From the NCBI RefSeq assembly GCF_009914755.1, contig NC_060937.1: a stretch of DNA of 64,000 nucleotides; one strand, 5' to 3'. The position numbers were made by a program, and so were the translations under genes. This document shows positions 1 through 14,400 of this stretch, piece by piece. The number at the start of each line of letters is the position of its first letter. The stretch's first letter is position 1. Source of the DNA: the human T2T-CHM13v2.0 reference genome, Homo sapiens. A model generated the notes under the pieces. That model searched no databases and was not told where the DNA came from. It saw nothing but the letters and a program-made list of their open reading frames with translations.

Positions 1-830
1 AATGTTAGTCTTTCATCTTTTTTTCAAACTTGTTTTGGTTATACAGAGTTTTTTGGATTACTATGTTAATTTTAGAATCAGTTTCTCAATTTATATAAGA
101 AAAGCTTTGTGAGATTTTGATTGGGATTATGTTGAATGCACAAGTCAATTTACAAGAAAATTGACGTCTTAATATTATTGAATATTATGACTCATAATCA
201 TGGCAGATTTCTAAATTTACTTAAGTCCTCTTCAATTTCCATCAGCTCAGTTTTGAAGGTTTCAGTGTAAAGATTTTGCACATCTTTTGTCAGGTTTATT
301 CCAACAAATTTTATGTTTTTAAATTGGATTTAGAGTATTATTTCACTTGAGTTTTATTTTTTCATGGCGGCTCAACAGAAAAACCATTTTTGTATATTGA
401 TCTTTTGATTTTTTGAAATATTAGTCTCATATATCTCATTTTTCACTTTTCTTAAACTCACTTCTTGTAAGAATTAGTTTGTTTTTGTTTGTCTGATTTA
501 CCAGATTTCCTTAAATTTTCTAATGGATGATCATGTCGTATAAAAAAGACAATTCTAATTTTAATTTAGAATCTTTATTTATTTATTTGTTTTTCTTGCC
601 ATAGTACAATGACTAGAACCTCCAACACAATGTTGAATAAAGTTTTGAGAGTAGACATTCTATCTTGCTTAGAATCTCTCTAAGATAGTATCCAGTCATT
701 CATCCTTAAGTATAATAATTGTAGGATATTTATAGATCCCTTTGTCAAGTTGAGAAATTTTCCTTTTATTGCTACATTGATGATGTCTTAATTAGAAATG
801 AATATTACATTTTGTAAAATAGGTTGAATT
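1..830 (-). mobile_element. Old L1 (L1M-type) ORF2 fragment, antisense, decayed
   Basis: Resembles antisense L1 ORF2, e.g. 'ttttagaatcagtttctcaattt...gagattttgattgggattatgttgaat' and 'gactagaacctccaacacaatgttgaata'. No open frame. Confidence 0.8.
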
Positions 831-839
831 TTCCTGCTC

Positions 840-1670
<831 letters not shown>

Positions 1671-1719
1671 CAGGCATTTTGCTCAAGCAGCAAATTTTAT
1701 TCTTTGACAAAGAGTAAAG

Positions 1720-2430
1720 TTCTCCCTTCACTCTTACCTCTGCAGGAAACACCTGATGGGAATGGTGCCATGAGGTTTCAAGTTCCCTTCTCATTACAGG
1801 AACTTAAGCAAATAAAGGGAGACTTAGGCCAATTTTCTGACGACCTTAATTTATAGGTACATTTAAATTTTCCAAAACTTAACTCAGGTGTTTGATCTCA
1901 CATGGAGGGACGTTATATTGCTGCTAAGTCAGACCTTCACTGTGGCTGAAAAGCAGGCAGTTCTGCAGGCAGCAGAAAAATGCAGAGATGAGCAACATGC
2001 TTCCTATAGTAGACCAAGGAGAAAAAGAGGAGATAGGGAAGGTGAGGAAGAGGTGGAAACTCCATTCCCACTAGGAAGAGAAGCAGTTCCAGCAGACAAC
2101 CCTGACTGGAACCCCAAAAACTCAGGACATAAATTAAAAAGGAAGAACTTTATAGGGTGCATATTAGAAGGCCTATGGAAGACCAGGGCCAAACCTCTCA
2201 ATTACTCTAAATTGTCCATGATAGATCAAAGACCAGACAAGACTCCCACCATCTTTATGGAAAGGCTGAGAGAGGCACTAATAAAACACATCTCTTTATC
2301 CCTTGATTCAGTCGAGGGACAGCTCATCCTGAAGGACACTTTTATTACACAGGCAGCTGCCAATATTAGAAGAACAAATTACAGAAGCAAGCTATAGGAC
2401 CAGATAGCAGCCTAGAGAATCTCCTGAGGA
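1720..2430 (+). pseudogene. gag: Class I (ERV1, gamma-like) endogenous retrovirus gag capsid (p30) fragment; HERV9/W-related, MER52-int/HUERS-P3-like; two frameshifts
   Basis: ORF translations give VPFSLQELKQIKGDLGQFSDD, FDLTWRDVILLLSQT, a major homology region-like IDQRPDKTPTIFMERL, and LILKDTFITQAAANIRR. After a frameshift near 2375 the sequence continues KLQKQAIGPDSSLENLLR. The other frameshift is near 1850-1870. Confidence 0.92.
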
Positions 2431-2622
2431 TACAAATGCACAAACAATGCATTATCTCACATACACATCATTTATTTGTGTAAGGAGAGCACTTAAAATC
2501 CCCCCTCTTAGCAACTTTCAAAAATACAATGCATTGTTATAATCTATAGTCCCATGTTATACAATAAATCTCTCGAACTTTTTTCTCCTATGTAATTAAA
2601 ATTTTATATCCTTTCACCAGCT
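2431..2622 (-). mobile_element. L1MA/L1MB 3' UTR fragment
   Basis: 'gagagcacttaaaatc...ctcttagcaactttcaaaaatacaatgcattgttataatctatagtcccatgttatacaataaatctctcgaactt' is typical antisense L1MA 3' end sequence. Confidence 0.8.
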
Positions 2623-3575
2623 GAGTTTAGCGTTCAACGAAGTTTTAATAAGTAATAAAATAAATACTCTAAATTGTTTGCATTTTATGAAATAAAACTA
2701 ATACCATGATTTATTTATGCTTTCCCTACCTTAAGTTTGATTATATTGCTTACATTTTATTGAAATATCTGCTTGTTTTGAGATATTTTATTTCAAGAAT
2801 ACTGTCATCCTTCATGCTGACAGAAGTGTCATCTGAATGGCATGTTGTTCTTTAAAATAGTGCTTAATTAAATGCCTATGCTAAACAGGACACAGTTTTT
2901 CAAACAACTGAAAATACTCTAGAAACTGGTAATGTCTAATGTACAAAGCTTAAGTTGAATTTACTTCCATTACCTCTCCGTTATTATTCAGTGTAAGAGT
3001 AGGCAATCAATGCAAACGTGATAGCAAAAATACTGGTGCAATATCTTTCAGAACTATTTTTATTTCCATCTATAGACTTTTTAGACTGCTAATTATGAGT
3101 TATAATGAATAATATTAGGATTAATTATGTGATATATTTAGCAACAGAATTAATAAAATTGAATGACATAATTGATTTGAATAGCTAATTATGCCCTAAT
3201 CTTAGTAGTTCTGAATCTAGGTTACCAAGATTTAAATACACAGCTAATATTTAATAAGATAGTTGTGGCTAATTAAAATGGAAAGCTAAACTAATTCCTT
3301 CATATTTTGTATGATCCTTTACCATTTTTACTGATGATGTATTGATTAGAAATGTGAATCAGGTACATTTTAATATATCCAGTGTTCAAATGATAAAATG
3401 CCACTTACAAAAATTCATATGAAATTTTTAATATTTGTGTCAGAAATATCAAGTATTTATAAAACCATTAAAAGAGAACTTTTCTGTGTGTGTCACATTT
3501 TTGTTAATACATAAAGAATATTGCACAAATAGATGAAAAATTAAAACATACTTAGAATATAAAAGGTTAGAGTGA

Positions 3576-3915
<340 letters not shown>

Positions 3916-4024
3916 AGGCGTTCCCATTTAAAAGGAAGCATAGAAGCAACTGCAATATGTGCAAATATAAAATTATTGTACATTTTTATATGCAAAGAAT
4001 TTGACTGTTTCAGAATAATAAACT

Positions 4025-4277
4025 TTCTTTTTTGAAACAGAGTCTTGCTCTGTTGCCTGGGCTGGAGTGCGGTTGTGCGGTCTCGGCTCACTGCAACCTC
4101 CACCTCCTGGGTTCAAGCGATTCTCCTCTCTAGGCAGGCGCCACCACACCCGCCTAATTTTTGTATTTTTAGTAGAGACGGGGTTTCGCCGTATTGGCCG
4201 GGCTGGTCTCGAACTCCTGATCTCAGGTGATTTGCCCACCTCAGCCTCCCAAAGTGTTGGGATTACAGGCGTGAGCC
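4025..4277 (-). mobile_element. AluS (Sx-like) with internal deletion in the right arm and missing 5' end
   Basis: Antisense Alu. 'ttctcctctctaggcaggcgccaccac' lacks about 25-30 bp of consensus. Ends at 'gtgagcc'. Confidence 0.9.
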
Positions 4278-7200
4278 TGTATGCATGCTATGCATTTTTG
4301 TAAAATATTGTCTCTGCTAACTTATATATTTACTCCTTTAATGTAAGGAAATTTTTAAAAAACTATAAATATGTTATCTATATACTCGTGTGATTTTATA
4401 TTATGCTCTATGGCTTCTGGAAATATTATTAAACAGAGTCTACAGTTTTTTTCTGATAGTAGAACTTGAGTAATTGGTAGTTTCATTTACCTGCATTTAA
4501 TACATTTAACTAAATGAATAATTGTTGTGGGAAATGGTAGCCTGACAGGACAAGTGTGATTATCTTGACATCTCAGCATTATGTTTTCTCTTATGTATTC
4601 CTAACTTGCTATTAAGCAATAATTATTTAAACAGCTATTCAAAATACAAAGTAAGACATAATCCTTTTCATATCATAGATATTCAATTTACTATCAAATT
4701 TATATTAAATATAAGAGTTTAAAAAGTGGGTATTTCCTATTAAACCAAATCTCACAGCCTTTTCATAGAATTCTAGGATTTTATCTAGTCAATTGTATTT
4801 GGATACAAAAAACACGTGGAATTCGTTTGTAAAATGGATTTTCTAATAACGCAAACTGTTCACATGATTTTCTTTATAAGTGTATACTAATGCCATTAAT
4901 TCACTGTTGTATGTCACTTTTTATGGGTACTAGATTTCATGGAATAAGATTATTATGCTTACATTTTTTATCTGAGCATTTCTTGCATGATATTGAAAAT
5001 GAAGACCCAACCAAATAAAAATTCAGGGAACAAAAACAAAACAAAATAAAACCACACAAAAATCAAAATAAATATAAGTTCTTATAAGTCCAGATTGACT
5101 TCATCTGCACTTCCATTTAAAAGGTGCTTCATTTGCTATTTCATTTTCTTCAGAGTTCATGATTTGTAGAAAAATGTACATATAGGACTTAATAAAAAGC
5201 ACATATTAATTTTATATCATTCTCTCAAACATTTGATTGCTTTTCCTAATCCCCAAATAACTCCTATTCCATCACTTTTATGACACAGTTTAATACAATT
5301 AGTACACAAGAAGTTGAATTCAATCTCATTATAAGCACCGTAGTGAGCAAAAACATATCCATTCTGTAAGGATCTGTTTATTTTACAACTAGAAACAAAA
5401 TCTCTATGGCCTCTCTGCAGTACTACTTCTTCTTGTAGTTTGGAAAGTGTTTGGAAAGTCACTTCCCCAAAGGAGCATTTTTACTAGCTAGGGAATTTTT
5501 TTAATTACTTGCTAAAATTAAATGCTTTTGTTGGCATGGATTTGATTTACCATTTTTTTGTACTGTGAGATAAAAATAAAAGGAACAAAAATGACTGTAG
5601 TTTAACAAACTCATCATATATGTGAATTTCTATTGTTTCTATCATTTTATCACTAATTTCATTTCCTTAAAGCAGTGAATCCTTATTTTGAAGTATTTTC
5701 CAGTTTCTAATGTGACTCTGATAGTACAGAATAACAAGAGCCATGAGTACAAATATAGGATACAGAAATATGGGTTTTATGTCAATGAGTTAACATCACT
5801 GAGGGCTTAAATGCTTAACATGATTTGCAAATATTATCTTATATTACCTGAGATAATAGAAGAAATTCTTGTTTTTTTTTTACAATTTGTTTATATAAAA
5901 ATAAACTTTAAAAGTTAACCAGTAGGAAAAATAAAAGTAAAACCATAGAGTAATTGTTTTTTGTTTTAGATATTTTTCACCCATAAAACTCAGTCTCTGC
6001 ACTGACCTGCTTTTCTCCTATTTTCCATTACTTTCTTTTGATGCTACAATTTGATGATGAGGTTATTTGTGCTTTTGTCTTTAAAATTTATAAACTTTTC
6101 TCCAGATTTGGTTCAAATTTTTCATCCTCCATGAATACTTTGTATTCCATGAAAACTTACCTTATTCTACTCCCTATACTATTTATTTTCATGTTTCTGC
6201 ACTCAGATCGCACATAGTCTTCTCCCAGTGGTATTTACCTGCTGTCTAATTATTTTATGTTTTTATTTTCTCCTTCAAACTAGTTTACAATCTTTGGAAG
6301 AAAGCCATGTCTCTTACAGAGGTTCTCACAGCTACTACCAAAATGATTTTAAAAATAAAATTAATTGATTCATTTCTCATTAGCAAATATAAAATAATAC
6401 CAATAATATTCTTGATTTCTTTTGTAATACTCAAATAAATTATTTAAAGTCTTTTGTAAAATTTAACTCAGTATTGTATCCAGAATAGGTCTCATTTTGC
6501 TCAAATACTAACAATACAAATATATGTTAAGAGATAAGTCATTTGATTTCTAAACTTCTTTAATTAAATACACCTGTTGTAACTTTGCCAAAGACTAAGA
6601 TAAGCAATCCCTGTATTTGAGCCTTCTGTATCCAGTGAGTGCATAAATCCCAGCATCATATATTAATCCTGTCACATTAATAAGATGTGCTGGATGCACA
6701 AACAAAGTTAATGATTGTCGTATTTGAACTACCCTGAAAAGAAAATTATGTTTGCCGTTGGAGACTCTGAAAAAACCTAGGAGATCGTCGTATGACCTGA
6801 CGTGTTTTATATTCCAACAGCAGAATGAACTTAACCCTATAAACAATATTATGAGGACTATTCTAAAGCTATTTTTTTTTCCTGGAATATAAGGCTTAAG
6901 ATATTAGGTAGGTGTTTTCTGTACTTTTTCTTTTTAAAATCTCAAAATCTCACTCTTGTGGGGTTTTGTTTATTTGTTTGTTTTTAAGAAAAACATCATT
7001 GATAAAACCAGAAGACATACTCATTTCTGTGTATCTTGCTATTAGTAATATAAACCCACAATTTGGTTGGCATGGTGCCAGGGCATAGCTAAACAGAGTC
7101 TAGCTTATTTCTCTGTTTCCAGCTTGCCTTCTTAAAAATATCTTTGTCTGTGCCTATTCCTTAATAGACTCCAGTTTTTAAATATTCAACGAATAGTTGT

Positions 7201-7299
7201 GCTACCTCTAAAATATGTTAATTTAAAACATTACTGTCTCTTTACTACCTTACAGTGTACCAAATCATTCCCAATGGAACTTAAAGTTTGAGTATTTTT

Positions 7300-8740
7300 A
7301 TCCATATGTGTTCCTCCAAATTTTGGACCCCTCACCATTCCACCGTCAATTGTCCCTTCTATTTACTTCTCTCTGTTTATGAATTATGCTTCATAAACTA
7401 TTTCAATAATTTCTTATTTTCATAAGTCTTAAAGCACTAGACTCTCCTTCCACTGTGAACTCACCTGGACATTGTTCAATCCTCATTAAACCCACCTCTC
7501 CTCCTACTCAGTGGATGTATCTGCGTCAAAACTTAATCTTGTTGACTGAAACTTGGTGATTCTAAATTCGCAACTGGGTTCCAAGTGGCTGTTCAGTTTT
7601 GTCTTCTCTTCTTCCACAGGTTCCCAACAAAATTCCAAGATTGCTATTTAATACTGTCTTCCGTCTTTTAAACCTTTAAATCTCTCTCATAGCCCTCTCA
7701 CTCCCAATGGAAAACTATTCACTTCCGAAAGCGAATAGCCTTCTTCCAACCAAATCTACCAAACATGCTTATCCGTTTACCCAAATTTCTGCCTTTCTTC
7801 CTGTTACAGTGAAGAAACTGCTCCTGTTTTAAAGATCATAGCAATTACTTTGCCATGAATCCCATTTTTATTTTCTACTTAGGGCTTTTTCTTAGGTAAT
7901 GACTCATTCCTTCCTCATCATTTCTGCACTGGAGCATCATTGCCATCAGCATCAAAACAGGTTGCATATTTTACATCTTAAAAATAACAAAACACTCTTT
8001 GCCCTCATGTCCCCTCTTTGAACAGACATCTTCCTCTGCAGTAGTGTACAGCAATATTTCTTGTTGGAATTATCTATCCTCACTGACTCTTAGTACCTCG
8101 CCTGCTGTTCTCTTATAGATCTGCAAGAATGAGCATAGGTTTCTACACTACAACCTCTTTCAAAATTTCTCTTTTTGAAAAGTTAATGCAGTTTAAAAAG
8201 TAAATTTAATTTTTATTTATTTTATAGAAATAGGGTCTCACTCTGTCATCCAGGTTGTAGTACAGTGGCGTAATCATATCTCACTGTAGCCTTGAATTCA
8301 TGGGCTAAAGCGATCCTCCCACCTCAACCTCCTGAGCAGCTAAGACTATAGGCATGCACCACCATGCCCAGCTAATTTTTAAGTTTTAAATTTTTGTAGA
8401 GACAGGGTTTTACTATGTTTCTGAGGCTGGTTTCAAACTCCTGGTTATGAGTCATGAAGAGTGTGGCTGGGCAAGTACTCTGGGTATTTTTCAGTGGCTC
8501 TCAAATGTGTAAGAGGAGCCCAAATCTTTGAAGTGCCAGCAAGCCCCCAAAATTTCTTCATTACACCTATCGTTACCTACAAGTGTAGTAGTATGTTAAT
8601 GTGTATTACTTATTTCCCCTGCTAAAATAAAAATTTCATATTGGCAGACAATTTTGTCTTATTTATTTTTATATATATTGGGCTCATTTCTTATTAAAAT
8701 TAATTTTTACTTGAATGACTGTCTGAATGTAATATTGTAC
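7300..8740 (+). mobile_element. L2 LINE remnant, interrupted by AluJ
   Basis: Pyrimidine-rich L2-like text, e.g. 'ttctgcctttcttcctgttacagtgaagaaactgctcctg'. L2 3'-like tail near 8610-8730. Confidence 0.55.
8206..8445 (-). mobile_element. AluJ, 5'-truncated
   Basis: AluJ features 'atcatatctcactgtagccttgaattcatgggctaaagcgatcctcccacctc'. Left arm stops at 'aactcctgg'. Confidence 0.88.
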
Positions 8741-9016
8741 TACTCTAAATCACATTGGAATTATCAGTTCTTTAAAGATTGTTTGCTTTGAAAACAATTG
8801 GGCCTGATAAGATAATTTCCTATAATTTAAAAAAATCATTGTGTTTAAACTGATATCTCTTGGGGTCGAACGTAGGAAAGTATATAGTCTTAGAAAATTG
8901 TCCAGTCCTCCTAATTTTAAAATCCATTTGTACAGAGTGGTAGAAAATATAGTCAGAATCATAGTAATGATGTGATTCACCATCCAGAAACTTCTTCAGG
9001 AGTGAGGCAATCATTT

Positions 9017-9395
9017 TGTCAGATGTCAGGAATATTGGTTAAATGGGATACAGCTGAATCCCTCTCCAGTATTTTCTCTCTGTAGAAGAAAGATTCAAAT
9101 CCAAGTTTACCCCTCCTTGGCAGCAGCCTGCATATGAATGACTAGTTGACAGGGATGTACAAAAGTCTTACCCTCTTTTCTGAAGTGGAAAACTCTGAAA
9201 GGCCACCAAGGCTCAGTGCTTACAAATGGATTGGCTGACGCCTCTGCTGCAACATCACTGCAGCTCAGCTTCTATGTTTAATCCTGCTTTCTGTATTTCT
9301 CTCAGTCGTCGTTCTTAAAATTAGTCACAGATATATAACCTGTGCCGAAATCTAAAATATAATAGGTTATTTCCTAGTCAAACCAAACTATAACA
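9017..9395 (+). mobile_element. LTR16-family ERVL LTR
   Basis: 'actctgaaaggccaccaaggctcag...ggattggctgacgcctctgctgcaac...cagctcagcttct...aatcctgctttc' and the end 'aaccaaactataaca' resemble LTR16. Confidence 0.72.
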
Positions 9396-10660
9396 ATTCA
9401 TACTATAGGTTGCTTTAGGAAGCAGACTCTAAAGTGGGATTTTGAGTTGGATCATTCACCAACCAGCTGGCAGGGAAAACCTCACCATGGCTACAAATAC
9501 AACATTGATAGCTCCTGACATAAGATTGCAAAGCAATATATACATATTTCATGGGTGGTAAAGTGGGAAGGGAATCACAGTAAAGAGGAATGTGCTAACT
9601 ATTGAAAGATATTAGGCCTTTGAGTAACTACAGTCATTATAAAGGTCATGGTATCAGATATCTCTTTCCGGATTCTCAATGCACCAGCAACAGACAATGA
9701 AAGGCTCAGCATTATTTCTCACAAATGTAAGGTAAAGTGTGATAGCCAGAGAGCCTCCTTGGCAATATATAAGTAACAGAAATTTCCTGCAGCCAGAGAA
9801 TCAAGCCCAGGACTTAATTGTAAGAGTAATAAGTCTCCAGAACAAGTTGAATTCTCAATCTTGACAGGTCTTCTACAGCAAAACTAAGCCTTAATTGAAA
9901 AGATGCAGGGCCCTAAAACTTAAGGTAAGAAAATATGGGTAGATATTCTTGAAAACTGTGAATTTTTAGGTTTCCCTGGAGCCTCTGGGCTGAGAGAAGT
10001 AGCTCAAAACAGAATAATAAAAGATAGTACTTCCTCTTTGCTCAATGGTGGTTCAAAACATCTGCACTGCAGGAAAAGTCTGCGACCTTCTCAAGATCTA
10101 TTCCCACCTGCCCTCCTGGCCACCAGATCAATAACTGGGTAAAGTCACAAAATAACACAGCTGGGAAGTGCTAGTCTTTGTAAAGAAAGATCATAACTAT
10201 ACACTCAAAGAGATGTAGTCATAAGAAACATGTAGTAGCAGGAGCTTTGACACAGAGGTAGCCAATTCAAGTGAAATGGAATAGAAAGTTGTTGATTAGA
10301 AAACATTTTGCTGAGTTAAAGAACTTAACTTTCTGGGAGGAAACCCAAAGATACTGCTAGGTTGACTCTTGGCAAAAGTGATTGGCATTTTAAATGAGTT
10401 AGAAATGCTTTCTCTTGTATGAAAAATGATAGAGAAAAGAATGAAAATGGTAAGAGATCTACTAACATGGGTCTCCTATAATGTCACATTCTAACAAGGG
10501 GCTCACTTTATGGCACAGGAAGTATTGCAATGGGGATAAATTATGGAATCCATAGATCTCATCATCTAATTCATTACTCAGAAGCTGATGGTCAGATAGA
10601 AAAATGGAACCATCTTTTGAAGATACAGCTCTGCCACCTCTTTAATAATGATACTCTGCA
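9396..10660 (+). mobile_element. ERVL internal sequence (ERV3-16A3/HERV16-like), decayed gag joined to an integrase remnant
   Basis: Directly follows the LTR with 'aggaagcagactctaaagtgggattttgagttggatc'. The segment 10495-10640 'caaggggctcactttatggcacaggaagta...cagaagctgatggtcagatagaaaaatggaac' resembles the ERVL integrase core. Confidence 0.7.
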
Positions 10661-11189
10661 TCCACTTAAACCTAGTAGTAAAGAAATTTGTTTGGTCTTT
10701 GTTTAATTATATTATAAAATATTTGCATGTACATTACATGCACACACACACATATATGTGTGTATATATATACCTCCATGTGGATTGTCTTCTTTGTATT
10801 ATGTTGTCTTGCATTACTTAAGACAGATTTTTTGCATGGTCAACACTTCCAATAAATAATATTTTTAGATGTCCTAGGATATATAAATAATAATTCATTT
10901 GTATTTTCTTCTCCATGCTTCTTCTCCCTCTCTAACCTCTACTTTTACCTAATATAAATATTTATACTAATATTTAACTTTAACCACTAAGTTATGTTCA
11001 TACAGATTTTAAGGAATAATACTTTGACATAGTAACCATTCAACCTGAAGTTACAGCAAGCTTATCTTTTTTTCACCTTTTCTTCATCTCACTCTTCATA
11101 TTTATTAAGTGCATTATGGTACCCAGTTACCATTAACAAGCTCTGCCGTAAGCAATTCAGACAACTTCTCCAGCATTTAGTGGGTTGTA

Positions 11190-11390
11190 CCTACACTTTC
11201 TCCAACAAGATTGAATAGTAGCTTGGGGAGGGGGCCTCCTTCCTTGGGAAGTCTTCCTCAGCCCTGAGATATTTTTTAGAGCTCTATTTCTACCTTTAAA
11301 GTTACACCTCTGATACAGCCAATAAATTTGTATATGAAACTTTCTGTGTTCAAATTACTCTGTCTCCTGAATGAATATTGATTGATATGG
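11190..11390 (+). mobile_element. 3' part of an ERVL-class LTR
   Basis: AATAAA followed by 'ttcaaattactctgtctcctgaatgaatattgattgatat', resembling the '...ctgactgataca' LTR terminus. Confidence 0.45.
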
Positions 11391-13685
11391 ATGTATCAGG
11401 TATTGTTTTCTCTTAGGCATCCTTAGATAAACTTTATACTGAATGTCCTTCCTCTCATTCTAGGGAGAAGTGCTTGATTCAAACTTTTTACTACTTGTAG
11501 CTCCAGCATTTTTATTTTCTCCCCATTTTAACCAGCTTCATCTTTAAAAAAAAAAAAAAATCAGACGTATGTAGAAGCACTTAAAGAAGTATGGTGTTTT
11601 CAAATTTTGACTGTGTCCTCATTTTGTTTCAAATGTGTTCATGTAGTTGTTTTCTTTTCTTCTCCTTGTTGCTCTGTATGACCTAGAGAAAGGTAGATGC
11701 TGCCATATTCCTATTGGAAGACCCATCCAGTAAAGTTCTTTATTTGATTGGAGACCTATTTTATATACTCTTATTTCTAAAATTTAACTAGTTGGACAAG
11801 AGTGTCCAAGGGGAAAGTGAGAAGTTAAGGTTTGTTGCTAGATTTTTTCTGAAATGCTAATAACCACAGATACAGAGTAAAAATGGCTATATTGTCATAC
11901 AAATTTGGTATAAACAGTATGATTCCAAAATAAGAACCATTTAGTTAAATATAAAATTCAAGCTGTCATTCCTGAAGAGCTTATCTTAGGGGAAAGCCTT
12001 GAAGCTCAGACAGGCAATGATGGCAGTAGATAGATAGTGTCCATGTGGAGATGAATTCTCTGGAAACCTAAAGTGCAGAAGGTGAAAATAATTCATGAAT
12101 ATTTTAATAGGTGTAAAAGCACTTATTTAGGTAGTGTGCATACTAAAAAAACACCTGCTGAAGAGCAATTGTTTTCATTCTTTATAAACATAGTCTATTG
12201 AATGGCTAGTTCTCTATCACAAACTAGTTCCTAATAAAGGAAACAAAAACACATAAATTGGTATAGAGCATTTAGGTTTACATTAACTACTACTATATAG
12301 ATTTATTACTTTTTTTCCAACTGGCCTAAATCTTATATTTACTTATAAAGAATATGACTTTAAATTTAGTTTTCTGTTCCTCTGGAAAAAGAATCTCATA
12401 CTCTTTCCACTATATGTCTTAATTATAAATAATTTTGTTTCTTAGATTAGATGTTTTGTGTCTAAAATTTCTCTTTAATTCTTTTGGGCCTTCTCTGCAT
12501 CTATAAAATATATAGATAGTGATGTTACATAATATTTAAGATCTACAAAGTTTAAGTTCCACAAAGGATATGGAACTATGCTTTGTCACTATAGCAATGA
12601 AAATTTTATAAATTGGAAATATGAATGATAGAAAATATTATACTTGTAGTGGCAGATTTTAGTCTATCCAGAAAATTACTCTGTAACGATGACAAATTAT
12701 GACTAGGGAATGGACCAACGTTCTGGTTTTAATAATAGACAACTAATAATTATAGAATAATGAATCATGAAGGAAAACATGGAGACTATCAAGGGAATCA
12801 TATCATTGATGAAAAATTGCAAATTTATACTCTCGTCAGAGGAAGACATTCAAAAGTTGGGAACGGGAAGGGTTGAGGTGAAAAACGAGTTCGTTTTTGG
12901 ATTTATTTAATTTTATTCACATGGTAGTAGTCTCCTGTAGTCTATTAAGAGTTTGTAGTGAATAAAGATATCCCTTGCCAAAATAAAATGAGAGGCAGAT
13001 TCCATTGCTGCAATAACCTGCTTAATATAAATCAGAGTCCAAGAATATAATACGGACCAGGTCAGGGGTTGCAACTGAGAAGTAGGGAAATTAAAAATAA
13101 ATAAAAGAACTAAGCTAGGAAGATAAAAAACCAGTTTAGTAGAAAGAAAATGTGATAGCAACTTCTTCCCAGCTAAGAATAAGTACTAAGTACCCAACAT
13201 TGTAAAACAAAGATGTTTTCATTTTTTATAGCACCATTATATCCATAGGCTGACAATCACAGTGAATATCGGTAGCGCTAGACAGTATATAGTAACAGGA
13301 TTGGTAAGGCATAAAATAACAGATATAATGAAATAGAATTAGCAGAACATCATGAATGAGACTGAAACACAAAAGAAAAAAAATACCTATTTGAGGGAGT
13401 TTCAGGATATCAGCCCAGTATAGCTGAAAACATTCAAAGTATTTGTCTCTAATTGCTCAACTGGAAAATGACGGGGTTGAGCTAGATATCTCACAAACAC
13501 TCCAGCTTTAATGTTCTTTGATTCTATCTCAAAAATTAGTAATTTGCTTCATAGGATTTCATATTCAAAGATAGATATCATAAAATACCATAAGAAAAGT
13601 GACTATGTAAGAATATAGAGAATCTTTCTTCAGTCTACTTGCTTAAATATATCCCTAAATTTCACTTTTAAAAAGTCGTTGTTCA

Positions 13686-13819
13686 GGCCCAAGCATGATG
13701 GGTCACACCTGTAGTCTCAGCACTTTGGGAGGCTGAAGAAGGAGGATCTCTTGAGCCCAGGAGTTCGAGACCAGCCTCAGCAACTTAATGAGAGGCATCT
13801 TTTACAAAAAAAAAAAAAA
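13686..13819 (+). mobile_element. FLAM_C / Alu left monomer
   Basis: Single monomer 'ggaggatctcttgagcccaggagttcgagaccagcc' with an A-tail at about 13806-13819. Confidence 0.9.
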
Positions 13820-14400
13820 GTCACAAAATCATGAGACATTCATTGCTTTGTTTTGATTGTAAAGAATGAAGCCTGGGGGAAAACAATTAAATATTGTCAT
13901 AAATTTAATTTAGTTCAACAAACATTTAAGATACTGTACAAATCCCCAGGCTACAAATATGAACATTATATAATTTGGTACCTAAAGTGATTTATAATCT
14001 GCTAGCACTATAAAGAAAATTATATTGGTTTAAAAATCTGCTGCAATATATTAGGTCTAAATTAAACTAGGTTTATATAAAATCGGTTTATACTTTAAAA
14101 TATTTGTATGACATCAAGAATATTCAAGATGAAATGGGTTAAAACCAAAAGGCCAGAGATGTAAAGTAAATAGTAAAATACAAATTAACTGCAGAAAATA
14201 ATAACATGTGGACAAGGCACTAAGAGAAATTCCTTTTGAAGGAGCACATTTAAAATGCGGTATAAAATAATAAAGACATTTTAAATGCATGGATGATGGG
14301 ATACGAAATTAAGGTGATGTCCCAAAGCCTGCAACTTTTAAGAAAAATGAAAATCTAAAATAATTTGAATACAATAAAACTTGACTACATTTTGAGACTA

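Noticed and set aside
7597-7620. Strong-looking splice acceptor (polypyrimidine + cag), with similar ones at ~35800-35817 and ~37170-37185
   Set aside because: No convincing paired donor or coding frame. Such motifs are common in pyrimidine-rich repeats.
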